This document shows positions 29,396-38,378 of a stretch of DNA of 64,000 nucleotides, in pieces. The notes beneath the pieces were generated by a model. It had not been told where the DNA came from. It saw only the letters and a list, made by a program, of their open reading frames with translations, and made no database searches. This DNA comes from Desulfatiglandales bacterium (lineage in GTDB: Bacteria; Desulfobacterota; DSM-4660; Desulfatiglandales; Desulfatiglandaceae): the NCBI GenBank assembly GCA_963663335.2, contig CAXXLN010000003.1:332358-396357 (forward strand), written 5' to 3'. How positions within the stretch are numbered: position 1 is the first letter of the stretch; each line of letters begins with the position of its first letter. The position numbers and the translations under genes were made by a program.

Positions 29396-30621
29396 TGAAA
29401 AACACAATGCAAAAGTCGGTTCTGATTATTTCCACCCTCGATACCAAAGGTGTGGAGACCCTTTATTTGAGGGACAAAATTAAGTCCCTCGGGGTCAACC
29501 CCTTGCTCATGGATATCTCCATGCGGGGGAAAGGGGATTCTCCGGCGGATATTACCCCGGCACAGGTGGCCGAGGCCGGGGGGAGCAGTCTGGAAGATAT
29601 TCACGCCTCCAGGGAACGATCAAAAATCACCAACATCACCATCAAAGGGGCGTCTAAAATTGCCGGTGACCTTTTTTCTGAAGGTAAACTGGATGGGGTG
29701 ATCGCCATGGGGGGATCCACCGGATCCCTGATGGCCACCGAAGTGATGCGGTCTCTTCCCTTCGGCGTGCCCAAACTCATGATTTCCTCCACGGCGGCGC
29801 TCCCCGGTCTCTCAACCCGGTACATCGGCACCGGCGACATTATCTTGTTTCATTCGGTCATCGAAATAAGCGGTGTCACGGATCTGTTAAAGAATGTGAT
29901 GGATCGGGCCGGCTGTGCCCTGGCCGGAATGGTTCAGGGTGAGGTCACTTCATCCCGGGCCGAAGCCGGAAAAGCCATCGCCGTGACCATGCTGGGGCCG
30001 TGCGAACAATGCGCCAGCTCCGTCAGGAAACTTCTGGAAGGGGCGGGTTACCAGGTCACCGGTTTTTCAGCGGCCGGTATCAGCGATCGGGCCATGGAAC
30101 TAATGATGGCAAATGGCTTGTTTCAGGGGGTGATTGATCTGGCCCCCGGAGGTGTTGGGGAGCATCTTTTCGGTTTTATGCGGGATGCGGGTCCCCACCG
30201 TATGGAGGCTGCCGGAAACGCCGGGGTGCCGCAGATTATTTCCACCTGCAGCGTAAACCATATGACCCCTTCAAAGCGCAAATACAAACCCGAATACTAT
30301 GATCGGCCAAAGTATGACCTGGATAAACTCCGCACCTGGATCCGGCTTTCCGCCGATGAACTGAAACAGGTGGCAGAGGTATTTGCGGAAAAACTGAACC
30401 GGGCACAAGGTCCGGTTTGCGTGATGCTGCCGCAAAAAGGCTGGTCTTCGGTGGATTATCCGGGAAATGCTACTTTCAATCCGGAGGAAGACCGGGTATT
30501 TAATGAGGTTCTTCGTGAGAGGCTGAACCCGGACATTACCATTATGGAAGTGGATGCCAATATGGAGGACCCGGCTTTTGCCGACGCAGTGGCAAAGGCT
30601 GCCTTGAAGATTTTCAGATAA
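29395..30621 (+). CDS. Tm-1-like ATP-binding domain protein (UPF0261)
   Basis: STLDTKGVE, GGSTGS, MRSLPFGVPKLMISST, GPVCVMLPQKGWSSVD, PEEDRVF; TGATG overlap with the ligase. Confidence 0.85.
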   Translation: MKNTMQKSVLIISTLDTKGVETLYLRDKIKSLGVNPLLMDISMRGKGDSPADITPAQVAEAGGSSLEDIHASRERSKITNITIKGASKIAGDLFSEGKLDGVIAMGGSTGSLMATEVMRSLPFGVPKLMISSTAALPGLSTRYIGTGDIILFHSVIEISGVTDLLKNVMDRAGCALAGMVQGEVTSSRAEAGKAIAVTMLGPCEQCASSVRKLLEGAGYQVTGFSAAGISDRAMELMMANGLFQGVIDLAPGGVGEHLFGFMRDAGPHRMEAAGNAGVPQIISTCSVNHMTPSKRKYKPEYYDRPKYDLDKLRTWIRLSADELKQVAEVFAEKLNRAQGPVCVMLPQKGWSSVDYPGNATFNPEEDRVFNEVLRERLNPDITIMEVDANMEDPAFADAVAKAALKIFR

Positions 30622-30632
30622 GGGTATTAACC

Positions 30633-31193
30633 ATGAAAAAAAGACTGGTTGTGGGTATTTCCGGTGCAAGCGGCGTCATATACGGCGTAAGGATGCTGAG
30701 CCTGCTCAAAGAAACCGATTTTGAGACCCATCTCATTATTTCCGATTCAGGCAGGCGGAACATTGAGATTGAGACGGAATTCAAGGCGGGTGATGTGGAG
30801 TCAATGGCCGATCGTGTTTATGAAGATCGGGATGTGGGGGCGGCCCTTGCCAGTGGATCTTTTTTGACCTGCGGCATGGTGGTGGTGCCCTGCACCATTA
30901 AGACCCTTTCGGGAATCGCCAATTCCTATACCAACAACCTTTTGGTCCGGGCTGCGGATGTAAATCTCAAAGAGGGGCGGAAACTGGTTCTGGTGGTCAG
31001 GGAAACTCCGCTTCACAAAGGGCATCTGAGGTTGATGACCATGGCGGCGGATATGGGGGCACATATACTGCCGCCGGTTCCCTCCTTTTACCATCAGCCC
31101 AAAACCATCCAAGACATTATCGATCAAACCATCGGCAAGGTTTTTGATTATCTGAACATCGAGCACCAGTTGTTCAGGCGTTGGGAGGGGTGA
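30633..31193 (+). CDS. ubiX: Flavin prenyltransferase UbiX
   Basis: VGISGASG, ASGSF, PCTIKTLSGIA, RAADVNLKEGRKLVLVVRETPL, PSFYHQP. Confidence 0.95.
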   Translation: MKKRLVVGISGASGVIYGVRMLSLLKETDFETHLIISDSGRRNIEIETEFKAGDVESMADRVYEDRDVGAALASGSFLTCGMVVVPCTIKTLSGIANSYTNNLLVRAADVNLKEGRKLVLVVRETPLHKGHLRLMTMAADMGAHILPPVPSFYHQPKTIQDIIDQTIGKVFDYLNIEHQLFRRWEG

Positions 31194-31959
31194 AAACCGG
31201 TTGTTCTTTGATTCGGCGGGTAATTCCACGGGCTGCTTCCTGGATTCCTTCCGTCAGTTCCACCATCTTTTGATTTAGAAGCGCCGATTTAAACCCTACC
31301 CCCCATATGGCATACAGTGTGCCCCGTTTTCCCAAAATGGGGGCGGCGGCAGCCCGTACGCCGGCGATATATTCCTCGTCGTCAGTGCCGTAGCCTTGTT
31401 CTTTCGTCTTCTGAACTTCAAGGAGATAGGCATCAGAGTCGGTAATCGAACGATCCGTAAATCTGGGAAGGCCTCTTTCCCGAATGATCCCGGCAGCCTG
31501 GGCAGGGTCCATGGAGGCAAGAAAAACCTTTCCGATGGCGCCGGCGAGAAAGGGGATGGTGGTTCCCCGGGGGGCGGTGATTTTGAGATTGTGGTTGGAT
31601 TCCACAACGTCCAGGATGCTAACCCGGTTTCCGTTTGAAATGCCTACAAAAACGGAGGTTCCCGTCCGCTCCATCAGCGTTTTCATGATGGGTCTGGCAA
31701 TCTCTCGAAGATCAAGCTCTGAATAGGCGGATTTTCCCAATTCAAAAAGGGTGGGGCCGAGGGAATATTTTTTTGATGAAGGATCCCGAATGAGAGCGCC
31801 TGTTTCCACCAGAGCGCTGACAATGCCATGAACGGTTCCCTTGCTCATCTCCAGATGATTTGCCAGATGGCTGATGCCCAGACCCTTTTCGGCTTTGGAG
31901 ATGAGCCGGAGCATTAAAAACGCCTTAATAACGGAAGGGGCTTGATATTTTTCAGACAT
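31174..31959 (-). CDS. IclR-family transcriptional regulator
   Basis: N-terminal HTH (LEMSKGTVHGI), GAIGKVFLA, GYGTDDEEY..GVRAAAAPI. Confidence 0.92.
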   Translation of the reverse strand: MSEKYQAPSVIKAFLMLRLISKAEKGLGISHLANHLEMSKGTVHGIVSALVETGALIRDPSSKKYSLGPTLFELGKSAYSELDLREIARPIMKTLMERTGTSVFVGISNGNRVSILDVVESNHNLKITAPRGTTIPFLAGAIGKVFLASMDPAQAAGIIRERGLPRFTDRSITDSDAYLLEVQKTKEQGYGTDDEEYIAGVRAAAAPILGKRGTLYAIWGVGFKSALLNQKMVELTEGIQEAARGITRRIKEQPVFTPPNA

Positions 31960-31961
31960 TC

Positions 31962-32017
31962 GTTCACCTCGCTGAACAATTTTTCAGAGATTACCGTTTC
32001 GTCGCACGATTTGTCAA
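31962..32017 (-). promoter_or_regulatory. iclR promoter with GTTC-N8-GAAC operator copy 2
   Basis: TTGACA(32017-32012)-N18-TAATCT; GTTCACCTCGCTGAAC at 31962-31977. Confidence 0.6.
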
Positions 32018-32086
32018 GCCGCATCATTAATTTGAAAAAAATAATTAAATATAGTACCTATAGATATATTGCCGCTCTGTTTTTGC

Positions 32087-32144
32087 TTGACATTGATGGC
32101 GTTTATGATATTCTTCTGGTGTCATAGAGTTCGTTATAGTGAAC
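32087..32144 (+). promoter_or_regulatory. Promoter of the Mo-enzyme operon with GTTC-N8-GAAC operator copy 3
   Basis: TTGACA(32087-32092)-N16-TATTCT with TGn extension; GTTCGTTATAGTGAAC at 32129-32144. Confidence 0.62.
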
Positions 32145-32264
32145 GTCCTGGTGCGCAGCTGCGAATCGGGATGTTTGATGCGGGATGAAAATTTCCTATA
32201 AACATTTCTTTTAACACAAACCGGGACATGAATTTTGGGTCCCAAGAAAAATCAGGAGGGGAAA

Positions 32265-33134
32265 ATGCTTTTACCAAGATTTGAATTCCATGAACCCGCA
32301 ACGGTCGAAGAGGCCTGCCGGATCCTTGGGGAGCTGGGCCATAAGGCGAAAACCCTTGCCGGCGGTACGGATTTGCTGGTTAACATGAAAAAGAAAGTGC
32401 TGGCGCCGGAACATGTGGTATCTCTTGATCGCATCGCATCGTTGGCTGAAATGGGGCCCGTCAATGGCGGGATGAGAATCGGCGCCTGTGCCAAAGCTGT
32501 TGAAATTGCCGAATCGGATGCGGTGGGGGCGGATTTTCCCGCATTGCAATCCGGTGCTTCCAAACTGGGCTCCCCTTTGATTCGAAACCTCGCGACTGTT
32601 GGGGGGAACCTGGTTTCCGCAAGGCCGGCCGCGGACTTTCCGCCGCCCCTGATGGCTTACGGCGCAAAGGTTGTTCTAAAAAGCAGCACCGGTGAACGCA
32701 CGGTGGCATTGTCCGATTTCATCAAAGGACCCGGTCGAACGGTTATTTCTCCGGAAGAGATCCTTGATTCCATTCTTCTTGAAAAACCTGAAAGCTACTC
32801 CGGCAGTGCCTATATCAAACTGGGCATTCGAGAGGCGCTTGAGATTTCCCTGGTTAACGTGGCCGTCTTTATGACCACCGAAGGGCAGGGCGGTCCCATC
32901 AAAGCGGCCCGGGTGGTGATGGGGTCGGTGGGACCTACCCCTCTGTTGTCTCCGTCTGCTGAAAAAACCCTTCTGGGAGAAAAGCCGTCTGAAGCCCTTT
33001 TTCTTGCAGCCGGAGAAGCTGCTGCCATGGACAGCAAGCCCATTGATGATTTCAGAGCATCCGCGGACTACAAACGGGCCATGGTCACGGAATTGACCCG
33101 AAGGGCCTTGGCCGAGGCTTACAGCAAGATTTGA
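32265..33134 (+). CDS. Xanthine-oxidase-family FAD subunit (HcrB/CoxM-like)
   Basis: LAGGTDLL, GSPLIRNLATVGGNL, PIDDFRASADYK. Confidence 0.9.
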   Translation: MLLPRFEFHEPATVEEACRILGELGHKAKTLAGGTDLLVNMKKKVLAPEHVVSLDRIASLAEMGPVNGGMRIGACAKAVEIAESDAVGADFPALQSGASKLGSPLIRNLATVGGNLVSARPAADFPPPLMAYGAKVVLKSSTGERTVALSDFIKGPGRTVISPEEILDSILLEKPESYSGSAYIKLGIREALEISLVNVAVFMTTEGQGGPIKAARVVMGSVGPTPLLSPSAEKTLLGEKPSEALFLAAGEAAAMDSKPIDDFRASADYKRAMVTELTRRALAEAYSKI

Positions 33135-33221
33135 CATTGAAATTGTGAAAAATCCCGAACACCAAAGTGTTTTATCGATTTTCTAATTTCTGATTTCCAA
33201 TATCAACTCAGGGAGAATATC

Positions 33222-33685
33222 ATGAAAAAATTGATCTGCCTCACCATAAACGGCAAAGAATATGAATTGGCTGTGGCGCCCAATATGACCCTGGCGGACC
33301 TTCTCAGGAAGAACTTCTGTTGACGGGTACCAAAAAAGGATGTGAACTGGGAGACTGCGGGACCTGTACCGTGATTATGAACGGCAAGGCGGTTAATTCC
33401 TGCCTGGTCCTTGCGGTCCAGGCTTCCGGCAAGGAAATTACAACCGTGGAGGGTTTGGAAACGGACGACGGCCTGCACCCCCTTCAGGAAAAGTTTATTG
33501 AAAACGGCGCCATTCAGTGCGGGTTTTGCACGTCCGGAATGCTGCTCAGTGCAAAGTCGCTTCTGGAAAAAAACCCCAAACCGACTGAACTGGAAATTCG
33601 CACTGCCATATCCGGCAATCTCTGCCGATGCACCGGATATCAGAAGATTGTGGAGTCCATCAAAGATGTGAGTGAAGGGAGATAG
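33222..33685 (+). CDS. Xanthine-oxidase-family [2Fe-2S] subunit (HcrC/CoxS-like) with an apparent 1-nt frameshift at ~33307
   Basis: MKKLICLTINGKEYELAVAPNMTLADLLR joins EELLLTGTKKGCELGDCGTC..NSC..QCGFC..GNLCRCTGY in the -1 frame. Confidence 0.85.
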
Positions 33686-33688
33686 GAA

Positions 33689-36049
33689 ATGACCGAATAT
33701 CATGTAATCAATGGACGAGCGCCCCGCTTGGACGCGCCTGCAAAAGCCACCGGGCGTGCCATATATGTGGATGACATCAAGCTTCCGGGAATGCTTTACG
33801 GTGCGCTGCTGCAGAGCCCCCTGGCCCATGCCAATATTCTCAATATCGATACCTCCAAAGCACGGAAACTGCCCGGCGTCAAATCGGTGGTCACCGCGGA
33901 AGAAGCGGGGATGGTGCATTATGGCGTCAGTCCCGCACGTTATGATGAAACCCTCTTTGTAAAGGATCGCGTACGCTATATCGGTGATGAAATCGCCGCT
34001 GTTGCCGCAGTGGATCTGGAAACCGCCATGGAAGCGATTTCCTTGATTGACGTGGAATATGAAGAGTTGCCGGCGGTGTTTACCATCGAAGAAGCCATGG
34101 CTGAAGGGGCGCCGCAGATACACGAAAAATACCATCATAACATCAGTGCGGAAGTCCATCAGGAATTTGGAAATGTTGAGAAGGGGTTTGCCCAGTGTGA
34201 TCTGATTCGAACCGATACGTTTATCAACAAACGCCAGGATGGCGCTTTTCTGGAACCGAACGGTGTGGTTGCCGATTATGACCCCAGCGGCTATTTGACC
34301 CTTAATTCGTCCACCCAGGTACCCCATTACGTCATGCGCATCATTGCCATGGTGCTGGGCATTCCCATCGGAAAGATCAGGGTGCGAAAACCTTATGTAG
34401 GCGGCGGTTTCGGCCCCAAGGCGGGCACCAATTCCATGGAACTGGCCTCATGTCTGCTTTCCATGAAGACCGGTAAACCGGTTAAAATGAATTTTAGCAG
34501 GGAACAGGTTTTCCTCTTTTCCAGGGCCAGGCATCAATTCAAACACACCCTGACCACCGGCGTTAAAAAAGACGGCACCCTCATGGCGCTTACCAATGAA
34601 TGTTATCTGGAAGGGGGCGCGTACTCCAGTTTCGGTATTGCCACCATCTATTATGCCGGTTCTCTTCTGGGTGCCCCTTATCGGCTCCCCAACATGAAGT
34701 ATGACGGTTACCGGTTGTACACCAACCGGCCTGCCTGCGGTGCACAGCGCGGACACGGCGGCGTGGCGGCCCGGGCCGCCTGGGAACAGCAGCTCGACTT
34801 TCTGGCCGAGGAACTGGGTATGGATCCCGTGGAATTCAGATTGAAGAATTCCATGGAAGCGGGGGACATCACCTGCAACGATTTCAACACCAGCAGTTTC
34901 GGCATGAAGGAGTGCATCGAAGCGGTCCGGGATGGTTCAAAATGGAGCGAGAAAAAAGGGAGAATGCCCGAAGGGAAAGGGATCGGCATTGCCACGGGAT
35001 TTTTTGTTTCCGGCGCCGGGTATCCCATTTACCGTTCCGGAACGGCCCACTCCACGGTGGTCATCAAATTGGGTGAAGATGGCGGTACGGCCCATGTGCT
35101 TACCGGGAGCGCTGAAATCGGCCAAGGCTCCGATACCACCATGGGCATGATTGCGGCGGAAGCGTTGGGTGTTCCGCTGGATCATATCAGGGTATCTTCC
35201 GGGGATACGGACTATAGTGTTGATCTTGGGGCCTACTCCAGCCGCCAGACGCTTATGACCGGCCATGCCACCAAAGCGGCTGCCGAAGATCTGAAACACC
35301 AGGTGCTGGAAGTGTTGTCCGAAAAACTGAATGTGCCGGTGGACAAAATGGACATCAAGAACGGTTTTATCATCTTTAAGGGCGAAACGCCTGATTTCGG
35401 TGAGCTCAGAGCCACCTATGCCAAAGAGCACCGCGGTTTTTCAGACAACCCGGATCTGAATGATCCCCTCACTTTCAAGGAAGCCGCGCGGGTCGCCTAT
35501 TTGGCCCGGGGATCCATGGTAGGGACCGGCAGTTATAAACCGGGTGAACTGGGGGGTAAGTTCAAAGGCGCCGCCGTGGGGACGTCTCCGGCATACGGCC
35601 CTTCGGCTCAGGTCGTCGAACTCACCGTTGACAAGGGGACCGGCAAAATTACCATCGACCGCATGACCGATGCCCATGACTGTGGCTTTGCCATCAATCG
35701 GACATCCGTGGAAGCGCAAATGCAGGGGTCTCTCTCCATGGGTGTCGGGGAGGCCATGTACGAGGAAGTGAAATTTGATGATAAAGGCAGGATTTTAAAT
35801 GCCAACCTGGGCGAGTACAAGATTGCAACGGCGCTGGATATGCCCAATGTGGATGCCATCATTGTGGAAAGCAATGAACCCAACGGTCCTTTCGGAGCCA
35901 AGGAGGTTGGAGAGGGAGCCATCATGCCTACCATCCCCGCCATTTTGAATGCCCTCTATGATGCCACCGGCGTACGGATTCAGGAACTGCCGCTTACGCC
36001 CGAGCGGGTATTCAAGGCCATTCAGGAAAAGGAAAAGAAGGAGAAATAG
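33689..36049 (+). CDS. Molybdopterin-binding subunit, 4-hydroxybenzoyl-CoA reductase alpha (HcrA)-like
   Basis: TQVPHY, GGGFGPK, RGHGG, DLGAYSSRQT, GAKEVGEG recall HcrA. Confidence 0.88.
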   Translation: MTEYHVINGRAPRLDAPAKATGRAIYVDDIKLPGMLYGALLQSPLAHANILNIDTSKARKLPGVKSVVTAEEAGMVHYGVSPARYDETLFVKDRVRYIGDEIAAVAAVDLETAMEAISLIDVEYEELPAVFTIEEAMAEGAPQIHEKYHHNISAEVHQEFGNVEKGFAQCDLIRTDTFINKRQDGAFLEPNGVVADYDPSGYLTLNSSTQVPHYVMRIIAMVLGIPIGKIRVRKPYVGGGFGPKAGTNSMELASCLLSMKTGKPVKMNFSREQVFLFSRARHQFKHTLTTGVKKDGTLMALTNECYLEGGAYSSFGIATIYYAGSLLGAPYRLPNMKYDGYRLYTNRPACGAQRGHGGVAARAAWEQQLDFLAEELGMDPVEFRLKNSMEAGDITCNDFNTSSFGMKECIEAVRDGSKWSEKKGRMPEGKGIGIATGFFVSGAGYPIYRSGTAHSTVVIKLGEDGGTAHVLTGSAEIGQGSDTTMGMIAAEALGVPLDHIRVSSGDTDYSVDLGAYSSRQTLMTGHATKAAAEDLKHQVLEVLSEKLNVPVDKMDIKNGFIIFKGETPDFGELRATYAKEHRGFSDNPDLNDPLTFKEAARVAYLARGSMVGTGSYKPGELGGKFKGAAVGTSPAYGPSAQVVELTVDKGTGKITIDRMTDAHDCGFAINRTSVEAQMQGSLSMGVGEAMYEEVKFDDKGRILNANLGEYKIATALDMPNVDAIIVESNEPNGPFGAKEVGEGAIMPTIPAILNALYDATGVRIQELPLTPERVFKAIQEKEKKEK

Positions 36050-36066
36050 AAAGAACAGGTCCAAAA

Positions 36067-36813
36067 ATGTCAACCCCATTGTCCCCCGAAGAAGCTCTCA
36101 GGTACCACCGACAGATAATTCTGCCCCAGATGGGGGAGGAAGGTCAGAAGATGCTTCAATGTTCCCGCATCTTTCTGGCCGGCCTGGGGGGACTGGGATC
36201 CATTTCGGCATATTACCTGGCAGCGGCAGGGGTCGGCCGCCTGCGGATCGTGGATAAAGACAGGGTGGAACTGGGAAATTTGAACCGGCAGCTGCTGCAC
36301 TTTACAGACGATATCGGTGAGCCAAAGGCGGAATCCGCAAAGAAAAAACTTCAGCGCCTGAACCCCCATTGCCGGGTTGAGTCCCTCCATGAGGCAATCA
36401 CGGAAGAGAACGGGGAAGTTCTGGTTGGCGATGCCCGTTTGATTGTGGATGGAACCGACAATTTGAACACACGAAGGATTCTGAACCGTGTGTCCTTAAA
36501 GAAGCGGATCCCCTTTTTTTTTGGCGGTGTCGACGGACTGACGGGGATGGCCACCACATTTATACCGGGCAAAACGCCTTGTTTTGAATGTCTGTTTCCC
36601 CATGGGACAGCCGATAAGGGGCCCCCGGGGGTTCTGGGGCCCCTGCCGGGAATCATTGGCGCCTTACAGGCTCTGGCGGTCATCAACTTTCTGGTGGGAG
36701 TGAACGATGGGTTGCTTGAGGGCCGAATGCTCTATGTGGATGGTGCAACCATGAAGTTTAAAATGATTAAAATGGGAAAGAATGACCGATGCCGTGTGTG
36801 CGGCGCCGATTAA
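36067..36813 (+). CDS. ThiF/MoeB/HesA-family adenylyltransferase
   Basis: RYHRQI, GLGGLGS, DKDRVELGNLNRQ, DGTDN, PCFEC, CRVCG. Confidence 0.9.
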   Translation: MSTPLSPEEALRYHRQIILPQMGEEGQKMLQCSRIFLAGLGGLGSISAYYLAAAGVGRLRIVDKDRVELGNLNRQLLHFTDDIGEPKAESAKKKLQRLNPHCRVESLHEAITEENGEVLVGDARLIVDGTDNLNTRRILNRVSLKKRIPFFFGGVDGLTGMATTFIPGKTPCFECLFPHGTADKGPPGVLGPLPGIIGALQALAVINFLVGVNDGLLEGRMLYVDGATMKFKMIKMGKNDRCRVCGAD

Positions 36814-36826
36814 GGAGCATTGCCTC

Positions 36827-37048
36827 ATGGATAAAGACGCCGAAAAAATCGAAGTGACCATTAACGGTTTTAAAGAAAAAGTGGTCAAAGGGTCCTCTAT
36901 TACAGAATTAATTCTTAAATATGACGAAATGGAGTCCGCCATGATGGTGGAGCAAAATGGGCGGTTTGTTTATCCCCAGGCTTATGATACGACACTGCCC
37001 GAGGCCGGGGATGTCCTTGAATTTATTCATCCTGATTTTGGGGGTTAA
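36827..37048 (+). CDS. ThiS/MoaD-like sulfur carrier protein
   Basis: 73-aa beta-grasp-like protein ending GDVLEFIHPDFGG (C-terminal GG). Confidence 0.85.
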   Translation: MDKDAEKIEVTINGFKEKVVKGSSITELILKYDEMESAMMVEQNGRFVYPQAYDTTLPEAGDVLEFIHPDFGG

Positions 37049-37247
37049 TGGCGTCCGCAATTTTGACGCCTGAAAGAATTTCGCCGATTTCCGTTTATTT
37101 TCCTTCCTAAAAAACCCTTCCAATGTTAGCTTGACGGACAATCTCGACTTTTCTTATACTGAAGTTCAGCATCCCTGTGGGAGAGATGCAGGCCTCAAGC
37201 GGTATATCAGAGTCAACTCCTAACCTCAAATTGTGGCGGTGAGGCTG

Positions 37248-38378
37248 ATGTCAGAAAGCGTCGATATGGCCAAGCGGATTGCTTTTGTGGATGACGAGGA
37301 AATTGTTCTCGGGACCCTGAGTCGGATTTTTGAGAACGAACCTTATGAGGTTTTTACCTTTGACGCCCCTTCAAAAGCGATCCTGGCAATGGAGGAACAA
37401 CCCTTCTGGGTGGTGGTATCCGACCAGATGATGCCGGAAATGGACGGAACCGACTTTCTTGCCCGGGTTCGTGAGCGATGGCCGGATACCGTGCGTATCC
37501 TGATGACCGGATATGCGGAGACGGATACGGTGATCAAGGCCATCAATCAGGGTAGTGTGTTTCGGTTTGTCAGCAAACCATGGGAAACCCGTGAATTGAT
37601 ACGGATTGTGCATGACGCCATGGATCACTATAGCCTCGTCATCGAGCACCGGGAGCTGACGCGACTGACGGGGGAGCAGAACCGCGAATTGCTTGAGTTG
37701 AACCAGGGCCTCGAAAAAAGGGTACAGGATAGAACCAGACAACTCAGGGAAAACGAGGAACAACTCAAGAAGACCTTGACGCAACTGCGAAAATCTCTGG
37801 AGGCAACCATTCAGGCGCTGGCATTGACCGCGGAAGCCAGGGATCCCTATACGGCTGGGCATCAGCGTCGGGTCTCCGATTTGTCGAGGGCCATTGCCCA
37901 GAAGATGGGTCTTCCCCAGGATCAGGTGGATGGGGTTCGCATGGCGGGTTCAATTCATGATCTGGGAAAGATTTATGTTCCTTCGGAAATTCTGAACAAA
38001 CCGGGCAAAATCCGGTCAAATGAATTTGAGCTGGTCAAATCCCATGCAGAAGTGGGCTATGAAATATTGAAAACCATTAATTTCCCATGGCCCGTGGCCG
38101 AGATTGAAATTCAGCACCACGAACGGCTGGACGGTTCCGGCTACCCAAACGGCCTTAAGGGGGATGAGATTTTGCTGGAAGCCAGAATCATAGCGGTCGC
38201 CGATGTGGTGGAAAGCATGTCCAGCCACCGGCCCTATCGGCCGGCTCTGGGCATTGTAAAGGCCCTTGAAGAGATCAAAGCCGGGCGTGGAACGCTCTTT
38301 GATGAAAGAGTGGTGGATGCCTGTGTGTCGATTTTTCAAGAGGATGGCTATGAGCTGGAAATCTCTATCCTTTCATGA
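37248..38378 (+). CDS. Response regulator with an HD-GYP phosphodiesterase domain
   Basis: Receiver; RDPYTAGH, IHDLGK, HHERLDGSGYP. Confidence 0.92.
   Translation: MSESVDMAKRIAFVDDEEIVLGTLSRIFENEPYEVFTFDAPSKAILAMEEQPFWVVVSDQMMPEMDGTDFLARVRERWPDTVRILMTGYAETDTVIKAINQGSVFRFVSKPWETRELIRIVHDAMDHYSLVIEHRELTRLTGEQNRELLELNQGLEKRVQDRTRQLRENEEQLKKTLTQLRKSLEATIQALALTAEARDPYTAGHQRRVSDLSRAIAQKMGLPQDQVDGVRMAGSIHDLGKIYVPSEILNKPGKIRSNEFELVKSHAEVGYEILKTINFPWPVAEIEIQHHERLDGSGYPNGLKGDEILLEARIIAVADVVESMSSHRPYRPALGIVKALEEIKAGRGTLFDERVVDACVSIFQEDGYELEISILS

Noticed and set aside
33318-33324. TGA in the 2Fe-2S subunit as a second selenocysteine
   Set aside because: The conserved sequence continues in a different frame, so this is a frameshift rather than readthrough.
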